64,000 nt of DNA from a virus. The stretch covers positions 32,001-96,000 of IMG/VR virus record IMGVR_UViG_3300022552_000002; one strand, given 5' to 3'. The notes beneath the pieces are model-generated. The model had not been told where the DNA came from. It searched no databases and saw only the letters and a program-made list of their open reading frames with translations. The translations under genes and the position numbers were made by a program. Shown here one piece after another: positions 26,159-35,430 of this stretch (the first letter of the stretch is position 1; the number at the start of each line of letters is the position of its first letter).

Positions 26159-26543
26159 CGTAAACGCTATAGCAGTTCCAGAGAAGTGTGAAACTGCCGA
26201 TGGCAGGGAGATGATTTGCTTTGATGTCGATAAAGCAAAAGAACTTTTGAAGATTGTTGACATTGAAGTTCCATCTTTAAAAAGAACAGTTGCAAAACAA
26301 CAAACACAAATTGATGCACAAAAAGAGTTAATGAAAATTAAAGATGAAAAGTTCAAAGTACAAGAAGATATAACAAATAAATGGAAAGAAAATTTTGAAA
26401 ATCTTTCTACTCAAATGGCCGCAATGAATGATGATGAACGAATAGAAGCGTATATTGATGTTGGAATCTTTTTATTAGGTACGTTGGTTGGCGGTGGCAT
26501 AATGTATACGTCTTCGTTGCTGGTGTCTAACACCATTAACTAG
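26121..26543 (+). CDS. exported coiled-coil protein with C-terminal TM anchor (spanin-partner candidate)
   Basis: Signal peptide, two Cys, coiled coil and C-terminal hydrophobic Gly-rich helix; overlaps the upstream gene. Confidence 0.5.
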   Translation: MRLLLVLLSLAFSVNAIAVPEKCETADGREMICFDVDKAKELLKIVDIEVPSLKRTVAKQQTQIDAQKELMKIKDEKFKVQEDITNKWKENFENLSTQMAAMNDDERIEAYIDVGIFLLGTLVGGGIMYTSSLLVSNTIN

Positions 26544-26552
26544 GAGAAGAAG

Positions 26553-27218
26553 ATGGCACAACAAGACCTTGGCTCTCTCAGAGATAGAGCACAATTATAT
26601 TCTGGTCAGATAAATAGTGAATCTCTTAGTGTTGAACGTAGCACTGGTTTGGTTCCAACTTCTGGCTTTAGACGCGCAGATATATTTGTTGATTTTACAA
26701 GAAGTGTTGTTGATGAAATTAGAATTCAACACAAATCTACTGATTATATTGAACAAGTAAAAGACGAATCTGCTCTTCCTGTTTTTGAGTTGAAAGACTT
26801 ACAATACAAAAAAACAATTACAGAAAATAAGAAATTCAAATTTTCTATTGATTTGAATTCTGAATACACAGAGCTTATCTTCAATGCATTAAGTGCTGCT
26901 GTTGAAAGTGTTGTTTTTTCTGGTAGTGGTCTTGATGATGCATCGTCAAGCGGAATATTTACTGGTTCTGATCCAGTGGAATATCTTGTTGAGATTGATG
27001 GAACAGGTACACCAGATACTTTCCGTTGGTCAAAAGATGGTGGTTCTACTTGGGCGGTAAGTACAGTCGCTATCACAGGTGCGCCACAATTGCTTGATGA
27101 TGGTGTGTCTATTGCATTCGCCGCAACCACAGGTCACACTAACGGAGACCAGTGGACCATCAGAGCAGGTTACGGTAGCTCAGGCGATCTTATCACAGTG
27201 GATGTTTCACTGAGATAA
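26553..27218 (+). CDS. virion structural protein with S.DGG.TW beta-module
   Basis: C-terminal module is similar to an insertion in the tail tube protein. Confidence 0.7.
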   Translation: MAQQDLGSLRDRAQLYSGQINSESLSVERSTGLVPTSGFRRADIFVDFTRSVVDEIRIQHKSTDYIEQVKDESALPVFELKDLQYKKTITENKKFKFSIDLNSEYTELIFNALSAAVESVVFSGSGLDDASSSGIFTGSDPVEYLVEIDGTGTPDTFRWSKDGGSTWAVSTVAITGAPQLLDDGVSIAFAATTGHTNGDQWTIRAGYGSSGDLITVDVSLR

Positions 27219-27593
27219 TTGAGCATCGTAAAATTGGAGGCTGTGATGACCTGTGATGCACAACAAATTTTAGAATACAAGGTTAACGATACACAGCCTT
27301 CTATTGCGTGTACTTACAAAGAAATAGATTCAGTTACAGGAGAAAGAACTCCTATTGATATTACTGGATACACTTTTAGATTAGATATTGGTTATGAAGT
27401 TCCAAATAGTGTTACAGGAAGTATTGTTGGTGCTCCAGTAAATGGAGAATTTATTTTTGAATTTACAATTGGAGCAAGCGAAGTTGATGAAGTTGGAAAA
27501 CCACTCACAGAAATTGTTATTTGGGATAATCTTGGAAATCAAGTCACATATGACTTTGTGAAATTCAATGTGAAGTCAAGGATTGTTCCATGA
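27219..27593 (+). CDS. BppU-N-like structural protein
   Basis: NDTQPSI...PIDITGYTF...NGEFIFEF...EIVI pattern. Start uncertain. Confidence 0.55.
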   Translation: MSIVKLEAVMTCDAQQILEYKVNDTQPSIACTYKEIDSVTGERTPIDITGYTFRLDIGYEVPNSVTGSIVGAPVNGEFIFEFTIGASEVDEVGKPLTEIVIWDNLGNQVTYDFVKFNVKSRIVP

Positions 27594-28333
27594 CAGTTGA
27601 GCTGATCATAGGTGGCAATCAAGTTGAGGTCGTCAAAGGCAGTGTGGGTTCTGAACTCATTGCTGGTGATAACGAAGTCGTTATCGAGAGATCTGTTGTT
27701 CACGTTGAGATAACCAAAGGTGAGCATGAAGTTCTTCTAGTAGAGCCAGAGATTGGTTCAGAACAATTAGACTTAAATATTGAACAAGTAACTCCACAAG
27801 TAAATATTGAACAAACAGAAGTAGATTTAGATATTGTTAGAGATGGAATTGAAGTTGAGATAGTAACATCAGAACAACTTGTTGAAGTTCTTCAGGGTGA
27901 TGTTGATATAGAGATTGTAGCTCAACCATCAATAATTCATGTCAACCCAGAAGCATTACCAGAAGAAGCTTTTTGTTCTGCGTTAGAAATTGTAGGAGAT
28001 TGTGTTTATATATATGATGATAAAGTTACAGGAAAACCAGTTGTTAGAAAATGCGATATATTTGATTTAACAAAGATGCCTGCTATTGCAATTATAACTG
28101 AGAAAATTACAACTACAGAATGTAAGATAAAAAAGATTGGAGAAGTAGATGGGTTTGGCAGTTTCACTTCAGGAGGAATGGTGGTGGTTGGCTCGAGTGG
28201 ACAGCCTGTGCATCCACCAGCGTTACCTGATCCAACGATTACACCGTACTACGTGCAGGTATTAGGTGTTGCATCTAATCCTGACACGCTTTTGCTGCAC
28301 ATAGATATGACTATGTGTCAACGTATAAGATAA
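27590..28333 (+). CDS. structural protein with V/E/I-rich beta repeats and a capsid-cement/fibre-like C-terminal domain
   Basis: C-terminal AIAI..GEV.G..FTSGG.V.V...G...YVQVLGVA..PDTLL. Confidence 0.65.
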   Translation: MTVELIIGGNQVEVVKGSVGSELIAGDNEVVIERSVVHVEITKGEHEVLLVEPEIGSEQLDLNIEQVTPQVNIEQTEVDLDIVRDGIEVEIVTSEQLVEVLQGDVDIEIVAQPSIIHVNPEALPEEAFCSALEIVGDCVYIYDDKVTGKPVVRKCDIFDLTKMPAIAIITEKITTTECKIKKIGEVDGFGSFTSGGMVVVGSSGQPVHPPALPDPTITPYYVQVLGVASNPDTLLLHIDMTMCQRIR

Positions 28334-28345
28334 CAGGAGAAAAAG

Positions 28346-28741
28346 ATGAAGAAGGAAGAGAAGAAAGCGCAACCTGACAATGTGGTCGAAATGAAGGATA
28401 ATGGAGAGACAGATAAAAGAAAAGAAGAAGAAAAGGGAGCGGTTGATCTTCCGCATCTTAATGAAGAAGAGCTTCAACAGTTTAAGCTCTTTGATGCTGA
28501 GATGACGAAAAGAATGCTGCTTGTTGGCAATACTACTTTGGCTATGAAACTAGAAGAAGCGCAACATCAAAATAAAGTAAGTCAATTAATGACAATGAGA
28601 AATCAACAACAAGAAGACTCAGAACAATATCAGAGAAAATATGAAGAATTTAACAAAGGTTTGACAGGAAAATATCGTATAAGGCCAGATGTGAAGATAA
28701 GCATTGATACAGAAACAGGGGTAATACGAGAGTTACCATAA
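28346..28741 (+). CDS. coiled-coil hypothetical protein (possible fibre chaperone)
   Basis: AGGAG SD; ends ISIDTETGVI. Confidence 0.65.
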   Translation: MKKEEKKAQPDNVVEMKDNGETDKRKEEEKGAVDLPHLNEEELQQFKLFDAEMTKRMLLVGNTTLAMKLEEAQHQNKVSQLMTMRNQQQEDSEQYQRKYEEFNKGLTGKYRIRPDVKISIDTETGVIRELP

Positions 28742-28760
28742 GTTCTCAAGGAGATAGAAA

Positions 28761-30341
28761 ATGGCTGAAGTTGTTCCAGTTTATCACCTTCTCAGCGGCA
28801 ACTACGCTGCTCTCCAAGGCGTAGATCCAGCAGTCGATACTGTCACGTTCAAGGGTCTCACCATGAACGGTGTTGTCGCTATGGACAGCACTGGTGGTGG
28901 CACACCAAATAAAATAACTGGTTTGGCTTCTGCTACAGCAGATGAAGATGCCTTAGCTTATGGTCAGACAGGTGCAGACCTTAATGGTTTGAATCTGACA
29001 GCTAACTTGACCATGAATTCCCAGAAGATTACTGGTCTTGATCCAGGTACAGCTGGTACTGATGGTGTCAATAAGAACCAGTTAGACAGCGTAGCAGCTG
29101 GTGTTGCCTGGAAACACGCAGTTCAAGTTCTCAGAATGGTCAATGATGCATTGGCTACTTCACCAACGCTTACTGCTGGTGACGCAGGCAAAGCCTATGT
29201 CGTTGCTGGTACTGGTGGTGATTGGTCTACATTCACAATCGGTGACATCGTAGAGTGGGATGGTTCTGCTTGGAATCTCGTTCTAGCTGGTTCCGGTGCT
29301 GAGCCGCCAGACGGAACGTATGTTATCATCGTTGAAACCAGTGCAGCTGGTTCATTCGCTGGTCAAGAGAATGAAGTTGCTGTCTACAACGCCACCACCA
29401 ACACATGGGCATTTACTCCAGCATCAGATGGTGATGGACGTACTGTTGCTGGCGAAAACAGTGTTTACGAAAACCTCGGTTACGTCTGGGATGCGACTCC
29501 AGGCGAATGGGTCATGTTCAATGGCCCTGGTCAAATCGTAGCTGGCGCTGGTCTAACAAAGACCTTCAATCAGCTTGATGCAAATGTCAAAGATGGTATT
29601 CAGATTGATGCTGATGCTATCACACTTCTTCTTGCTGCAACTCCAGGTCTCCAACTTACTGGTACATCACCAGCGAAAGTTCTTTCGGTTCTTCCTGATG
29701 GAGCTAAGGGCGTTGAAGTTGGCGCAAGCGGTGTAGCGGTAATAGTTGAGTCAGATGGTGCTATTGAATTCGATGGCACGAACGGTGGGTTGGAAATTAA
29801 CCTCGAAGCATCCAATCCTACATTGGATATTGTTTCGAATGAACTTGGTGTTAAGTATAGCGCCACAGCAGGCGGTCTTACTCAAGACTCTACTGGTTTG
29901 AAAGTCAAGGTTGACGGTACAACCATCACAATCAATGGCTCTGGTCAATTGGTTGGAGCATCAGCAGATGGTGATCGCATTGCTGATGATTATGTGGTCA
30001 GTGAAAACATTTCAGCTGGTGATCCGGTTTACTGGAGCACAACAGCAAATCAAGTTGCTCAAGGTGATGCAGCACAAGCTTTGTGGCCGAGCCATGCACA
30101 AATCTTTGGTGTTGCAGAAGATGCAGCTACAACTGGCAATTCGTCAACTATCGTTAGTAGAGGACCGTGTCTCGGTGTTCTTTCAAGCGCGACTCCTGGC
30201 GATATTTATTGGATGGCAGTCGGAGGTGGAATCACCACTACCATTCCTTCAACGAACAATGCTCTCATCCGTGCAGGGTGGGCAAAGAACGCAGATGATC
30301 TCTTTGTGTCCATAGCCGACTACGGTCGTCGCGGATACTAA
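28761..30341 (+). CDS. fibre/spike protein (YadA-stalk-like motifs, DUF2793-like region, beta repeats)
   Basis: KITGLASAT.DEDA and KITGLDPGTAGTDGVNKNQLD; AYVVAG..GDW..GQENEVAVY; G/A/T-rich. Confidence 0.75.
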   Translation: MAEVVPVYHLLSGNYAALQGVDPAVDTVTFKGLTMNGVVAMDSTGGGTPNKITGLASATADEDALAYGQTGADLNGLNLTANLTMNSQKITGLDPGTAGTDGVNKNQLDSVAAGVAWKHAVQVLRMVNDALATSPTLTAGDAGKAYVVAGTGGDWSTFTIGDIVEWDGSAWNLVLAGSGAEPPDGTYVIIVETSAAGSFAGQENEVAVYNATTNTWAFTPASDGDGRTVAGENSVYENLGYVWDATPGEWVMFNGPGQIVAGAGLTKTFNQLDANVKDGIQIDADAITLLLAATPGLQLTGTSPAKVLSVLPDGAKGVEVGASGVAVIVESDGAIEFDGTNGGLEINLEASNPTLDIVSNELGVKYSATAGGLTQDSTGLKVKVDGTTITINGSGQLVGASADGDRIADDYVVSENISAGDPVYWSTTANQVAQGDAAQALWPSHAQIFGVAEDAATTGNSSTIVSRGPCLGVLSSATPGDIYWMAVGGGITTTIPSTNNALIRAGWAKNADDLFVSIADYGRRGY

Positions 30342-30369
30342 GGTTTTGGTAGAGGGTAAGGGATAAGAA

Positions 30370-31152
30370 ATGCCATTAACACCCGACGACTACGATGTAG
30401 TTCAGGTCGTTAAACAAGAATGGCCTAATCTCGGCGGGAAACCTGGCCCACTTATCCCTTACTCTCTTCCTATTGAACCTCTTGAAGATGGAATTGAAGC
30501 AGGAGCATTATTTGTAGTTGAAGTTGGAAGAAGAAATAAAAATGTAGCTATTTGGGCCAATCAAGGAAAGATGATTTTTAAAGATATTGAGAACCCAGGT
30601 GTTGGTGGAATTGGATATACACTTACGCAGATTCTTACCGCAATTCTTGGACAAGTAAGAGTCAGCGCTAATGACACTATTGCTGGTTATCTAAATGGCA
30701 AACTTATAGCTGGTACAGGAGTAAATCTCAATGAGCTGAATGACGGTGGTAATGAGGCGTTAGAGATTTCAGCTGAGTTTTCTGAGATCTTTTCGGTTGA
30801 TTACGACACCGCTACTAACATACAAAGCACAAGCAGCACTACAGCGCAGGATGCTGGAGTGTCTGTTGAAATTCCTGTTGATGGTGATTATGTCGTATTC
30901 TTTGATTCTGAAACTCGTGTTTCTAATAGTAATGGTGATATGGCTATTAGTCTTAGCGCACCAAATACAATAATTGAAAATTCTAGTACGGTGCGTATTA
31001 TTGGTGGAAATAAACGTAGTTCGTCTATTATTATTTATCCATTTATTGGTTTGAGTACCGGTGATGTGATTAAAGGATTATTTCGCAAAGAAGGTGGTCC
31101 TGGCACGGCTTATGTTTATAACCGTTCCATGTTTTTGATGAGGATTGGCTGA
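30370..31152 (+). CDS. putative structural protein
   Basis: VRVSANDT.AGYL.GKL.AG motif typical of fibre proteins; beta-sandwich C-terminus. Confidence 0.7.
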   Translation: MPLTPDDYDVVQVVKQEWPNLGGKPGPLIPYSLPIEPLEDGIEAGALFVVEVGRRNKNVAIWANQGKMIFKDIENPGVGGIGYTLTQILTAILGQVRVSANDTIAGYLNGKLIAGTGVNLNELNDGGNEALEISAEFSEIFSVDYDTATNIQSTSSTTAQDAGVSVEIPVDGDYVVFFDSETRVSNSNGDMAISLSAPNTIIENSSTVRIIGGNKRSSSIIIYPFIGLSTGDVIKGLFRKEGGPGTAYVYNRSMFLMRIG

Positions 31153-32000
31153 TGACTGCTACTAAGTATCAGTATTCCATCTCCAACGATTTTCCCAATC
31201 AGGCAGTAGATACTGACCGCTTGGAACAAGAAATTCGTGACAGTGTCATTATAATTGCTCTTGACTATGTTAATACGTCAGGTGACGACTGCGATATTTG
31301 GTTTAAAGATGCATTGTCAGCTGGTGATAAAACAATACTTGATGGAATCGTTGCATCACACTCTGGTCTTCCATTAACACCAGATCCAACTGAAGTTATT
31401 ATTCAAGAAGAGTATGGTGTTAAAAGAACTGGTGGAAATTTTGGATCACGTAGTCATAATTTCGACATTTCATCTGGTGTTCCTGGTGCATTAACTGAAC
31501 ACGATTTTAGTTTTCCAATTCCAATAGCTATTTTCAGCGCTCAACTTATTGGAAAAGAAATACTGGAAGGTGATGAAATAGAATTTCAGATAGCACCAGA
31601 TACTCCCATTGGAGCGTTAGTAGCAGATGTTGCTGTTGATGCTGAAGTAATAACTGTTACGCAAAGTGCGTATGACAATTTGAAAGTTGGTTTTACTGTA
31701 TGTTTAGATGACCAAACAAATCACAACAATCTGGGTATGGTGGTAGAAAAACAAGTAAACAATCAAATCAAAGTAGAGAAGAAAACTACAAATGCTTTTG
31801 CTGCATCTACACCAACGTATGTTCTTTTAACAGTGAAGATGATTCCTCATGGACATCTTCCATCTTGTTCTCGTCTTGTTCTTGGTGAAAGTAAAATTGG
31901 TGGTACATACATTAATGCAAATACAACACTTAGAATTATGTATAGAAATTCAGATGGACAAGCTAAGAAATTTGATTTCTGGTTAGAGTACATGTATTAA
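31152..32000 (+). CDS. putative structural protein
   Basis: 282 aa; contains the LVADVAVDAEVITV decoration module. Confidence 0.7.
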   Translation: MTATKYQYSISNDFPNQAVDTDRLEQEIRDSVIIIALDYVNTSGDDCDIWFKDALSAGDKTILDGIVASHSGLPLTPDPTEVIIQEEYGVKRTGGNFGSRSHNFDISSGVPGALTEHDFSFPIPIAIFSAQLIGKEILEGDEIEFQIAPDTPIGALVADVAVDAEVITVTQSAYDNLKVGFTVCLDDQTNHNNLGMVVEKQVNNQIKVEKKTTNAFAASTPTYVLLTVKMIPHGHLPSCSRLVLGESKIGGTYINANTTLRIMYRNSDGQAKKFDFWLEYMY

Positions 32001-32044
32001 AAATAAAAAGAGACGCCACCCATATAGCGAGATTGGGTTGAAAG

Positions 32045-32398
32045 ATGGGAAACATAATAAGCATATTAAAGGAACTTGTTGGAATATTACGTGATGGTGG
32101 TCCATACGCAGGTTGGGCACTTTTTATTATACTTTGGTATTTTGAGCGCAGAGAAAATAAAATATTCAGAAAGGAAGGAATAAATTTAGCAATAGCACAA
32201 GTAGAAAATAATGTAAAAACAGAAATGACACTTCAGTCTTTAAAAGAGGCATTGAGTGGTGTTAAATATTCTCTTGGAGATATCACTGCTATATTAAATA
32301 AAATACAAACAATGAAAGAATCTTTACTCCAATTATCTTCTAAGCCTGACCTGAAACTTTTAGAAGACAAAACGAAGGCAGACGACAAAGAAGAATAG
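32045..32398 (+). CDS. holin-like single-TM protein (BhlA/UviB-like architecture)
   Basis: GPYAGWALFIILWYF.RRE TM segment followed by coiled coil. Confidence 0.5.
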   Translation: MGNIISILKELVGILRDGGPYAGWALFIILWYFERRENKIFRKEGINLAIAQVENNVKTEMTLQSLKEALSGVKYSLGDITAILNKIQTMKESLLQLSSKPDLKLLEDKTKADDKEE

Positions 32399-32407
32399 GA
32401 GAAAAGC

Positions 32408-32773
32408 ATGTTTGGTTTTTTATTTTCAAAAAGAAAAATAAATAGAAATAGAGAAAAAGCAAAGGAAGATAAAACATCATTAGGAAATCTTTTATTAAAA
32501 AGTGGTATTATTGAACCAGACGATCTGTGTGATGCATTGGAATTTCAAGATGAGAATACAGATTTTATGTTAGGAGAAGCTTTGATTCAATTAGGCAAAA
32601 TAGATCGAGGAATTGTTGAAGCGCTTTTATGGACACAAAGAGTAGAACGAGGAGAAGAAGAACCAGCTAAAGTTATTCAATTTGCGACAAAACACACACA
32701 AAGAATTATGATAATAAAAGATGAAGTAAATGTAATGGCTCTGAGCCTCAATGGAAAGAAAGCTAAAGCATGA
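32408..32773 (+). CDS. stand-alone MshEN-like (T2SS/type IV pilus ATPase N-terminal, c-di-GMP-binding fold) protein
   Basis: Tandem motifs SLGNLLLKSGIIEPDDLCDALEFQ and MLGEALIQLGKIDRGIVEALLWTQ match RLGxxLLxxGxIxxxxLxxxLxxQ except for the leading Arg. Confidence 0.8.
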   Translation: MFGFLFSKRKINRNREKAKEDKTSLGNLLLKSGIIEPDDLCDALEFQDENTDFMLGEALIQLGKIDRGIVEALLWTQRVERGEEEPAKVIQFATKHTQRIMIIKDEVNVMALSLNGKKAKA

Positions 32774-33618
32774 TGGAACTTCCTATCGTTGGCGCTGGCG
32801 GTGGTGCAACACTCTATGCTCATTGGGGTGCACTTCAGTGTTTGATGGATCATGATATTTATCCATCAAGTCTCATTGGTGCATCTGCTGGTGCAGTTGC
32901 TTTCGCTCCAATTGCAAATGGAATGAAACCACATGATTGCTTAGGTATAGCACTTGAGCTTCTTCCAAAGAAAGTAATGTCATTTAATTGGAGATTTTGG
33001 CAAAGAGGTCATTGGGGTTTCTATACCTTAAAAGGATTGGAAAAAGCTTTAAGCAAATATGCTCCTAAGAAATTCTGTCAATGTTTGATTCCACTTTATG
33101 TTGCTACAACAGATTTAACTACAATGAGATCAAGGATATTTAATCCCGATACAACGCCTACCATGAAAGTAGCTAAAGCAGTAAGGATATCAGCTAGTGT
33201 CCCATTTCTCTTTGATTTTGTTCCTTTTGATAACACTATTTTTTCTGATGGAGGTATTGTTGATAATTATCCAATCGATTTAGTTGTTCCAGGTTCAATT
33301 GATTTAACAAAAGAACCAGCAATAGGTTTTAGACTTTTATCTTCTGGTGAAAGTACAACCAATAAAACACCAGATACTTTCTTGGAAGCAGCTATTAATG
33401 TTTTAGGAGCAATGAGAGCAGAAGCAGAAAGAAAACATATCGAAAATGCAAATATTTGGTCACGCACCATCAATATTCATGTGCCATGGAATTCGATGGA
33501 CTTTTTGAATATTACCCAGGAGAAAATTGAGGAAATCTATCAAGTCGGTTATGATGCTGTTCAGAAGAAATTAGATTCTGGATGGAATCCAATGGAGGTT
33601 CCTGATGTCCTTAGTTAA
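32770..33618 (+). CDS. patatin-like phospholipase
   Basis: Gly-rich GAGGGA, nucleophile GASAG, AVRISASVPF.F and catalytic SDGG motifs. Confidence 0.92.
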   Translation: MMELPIVGAGGGATLYAHWGALQCLMDHDIYPSSLIGASAGAVAFAPIANGMKPHDCLGIALELLPKKVMSFNWRFWQRGHWGFYTLKGLEKALSKYAPKKFCQCLIPLYVATTDLTTMRSRIFNPDTTPTMKVAKAVRISASVPFLFDFVPFDNTIFSDGGIVDNYPIDLVVPGSIDLTKEPAIGFRLLSSGESTTNKTPDTFLEAAINVLGAMRAEAERKHIENANIWSRTINIHVPWNSMDFLNITQEKIEEIYQVGYDAVQKKLDSGWNPMEVPDVLS

Positions 33619-34819
33619 TGTTCCTATTAATGTTGAAGACATAAGCGTTACTGCTTGTGATTTTGACTATATTGATGTCTACCGTGCGGAAACAAAATGG
33701 GGTTCGTATACTAAAATTACAGATAGCAATTCACGTTTAGAACTATGTGAAGAAGAATCGCATTATGAATATGGCGACGAAGATGGCTCAGAATACCATT
33801 GGTATAAATGGAAGTATGTTCAGACTGATGGAACAGAAAGTATTTTCTATGGTCCGATTCAAGCTCACACACCAAATGTTACATATTGTAAATTTGATGA
33901 CGTAAAACGGTTACTTCGTTCAAGAAATTACGAAGGTTCAATACGTTTTTCTGACATCTATAAAAATCTAAGAAAAGGTGACGACGCACAAGATGTGTCT
34001 CTAGCTGCAATTTCACTTAGTCAAGATTATTCAGGTACAGAGCCTTTTAAATTAACGTTCTTGAATGTAACAGATTTCAAACTTGAAGTTGGTGATGAAT
34101 CTGAATTAACACTTAGGTATCTTGGACAAGGAAATATCAATACAGACTTCATTGCAAATGATTACTCTGTAAGAATCAATAGCGATGATTGGTCTGGTAC
34201 TCCAGTTCAAGATGACGAGATGTTGTTTGATTCTGATAGCCACATGTCTATCAACGATGCTATTCAATTTATTAGAGATGCTGAAATTCTTGTTGATGTG
34301 ATACTTGAAGAAAATCTTGGTTATACAGAAGCAAAAGATAATGAGTTGAGATTTACTAGATCTACTGCACCGAAAGCTATTGGCGCAGCAACAGCTCGTT
34401 TTGCTGCTTTCTTTATCTACACTACCATATACAAGGAACAACAAATTGCTGGTCTGCCAAGCAATATAAATGACATCACTACTGCTTTGATTCATCGTAA
34501 TGACGATCTCTCGAGCTGGGCCAAGCAAGCTATGAAATATCTCAGTGGATATATTAAGAAGTACAGCGAATACTTTGATCCAGAATCAGGTAATGCACTT
34601 CAAACAGCTCCTCGTTGGATCACAGATGATAGTTTGTTTGATGGTAAGGGAGTCGTTGGAGTTGGTAAGGGCTTGAGAAGACCAGATATAGATTTGTTCT
34701 TTAGTAGATCTAACCAAAGCTACGATGGTTTACTCGATTGGGATTTATTGTTCCCTGGTTACGATGCAGTATATGGAACAAGACTTGTCGGTTCAGAGGA
34801 TGATACAGGTTACTATTGA
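33605..34819 (+). CDS. putative head-tail adaptor/neck protein with added domains
   Basis: YCKFDDVKRLL...IRDAEILVD..L...P.AI..ATARFAAF connector pattern; N-terminal beta-domain. Confidence 0.55.
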   Translation: MSLVNVPINVEDISVTACDFDYIDVYRAETKWGSYTKITDSNSRLELCEEESHYEYGDEDGSEYHWYKWKYVQTDGTESIFYGPIQAHTPNVTYCKFDDVKRLLRSRNYEGSIRFSDIYKNLRKGDDAQDVSLAAISLSQDYSGTEPFKLTFLNVTDFKLEVGDESELTLRYLGQGNINTDFIANDYSVRINSDDWSGTPVQDDEMLFDSDSHMSINDAIQFIRDAEILVDVILEENLGYTEAKDNELRFTRSTAPKAIGAATARFAAFFIYTTIYKEQQIAGLPSNINDITTALIHRNDDLSSWAKQAMKYLSGYIKKYSEYFDPESGNALQTAPRWITDDSLFDGKGVVGVGKGLRRPDIDLFFSRSNQSYDGLLDWDLLFPGYDAVYGTRLVGSEDDTGYY

Positions 34820-35430
34820 TGTTTACTCTTGACACAAATATAAATGAATTTCTGAAAGGAATTGAATCTCTAGAAAAAGATGTTCTTAATCTACAAAGAA
34901 GACTTACTGGTGTTGGAATTGCATTTTCTATTTGGCCAAAAGTAAGAGATAGAATTATAACTCTTTTGAAAGAGAATTTATTACATATTAATGAAGTTGA
35001 TGTAACAAGTCCAAGGTGGCAGGGCGTAAAGAAACAAATGATTGGAATGCCTGTATCAGAATATCCAGGTTTTTTAAAATCAAAAGGTTATGGACAGTAT
35101 ACAACAATTAGAAATGTAGGCGGAAGTTGGTTGCCTGTTATTGACGATGATCATTGGAAAGCAACCGGTACTATGGAAAGACATTTGATGGAAGAATTAG
35201 ATCAAGGAATAGATAGTTTGAATGTATCAGAAGCAAATCTTAATGCTAATATAGATGTTGATGTTTCTCAATTAGATGATGCATATCCAATTATTGTTGA
35301 TGAAAAACTTATGATAGCAACAGGTGGTAAATTCGGTTTGATTAGATTAACTGAAGAACAAGAATCAGAAATATACAAAATGCTCATTCAGGCTACCGGA
35401 GACATAAGTAAAGAGTTAGGTGGAGGATAA
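34816..35430 (+). CDS. putative neck / tail-completion protein
   Basis: Position between adaptor and terminator; ATGTM motif. Confidence 0.45.
   Translation: MMFTLDTNINEFLKGIESLEKDVLNLQRRLTGVGIAFSIWPKVRDRIITLLKENLLHINEVDVTSPRWQGVKKQMIGMPVSEYPGFLKSKGYGQYTTIRNVGGSWLPVIDDDHWKATGTMERHLMEELDQGIDSLNVSEANLNANIDVDVSQLDDAYPIIVDEKLMIATGGKFGLIRLTEEQESEIYKMLIQATGDISKELGGG

Noticed and set aside
32770-33618. Complete CBASS operon
   Set aside because: No CD-NTase or Cap2/Cap3 genes are adjacent; only the patatin fold is shared.
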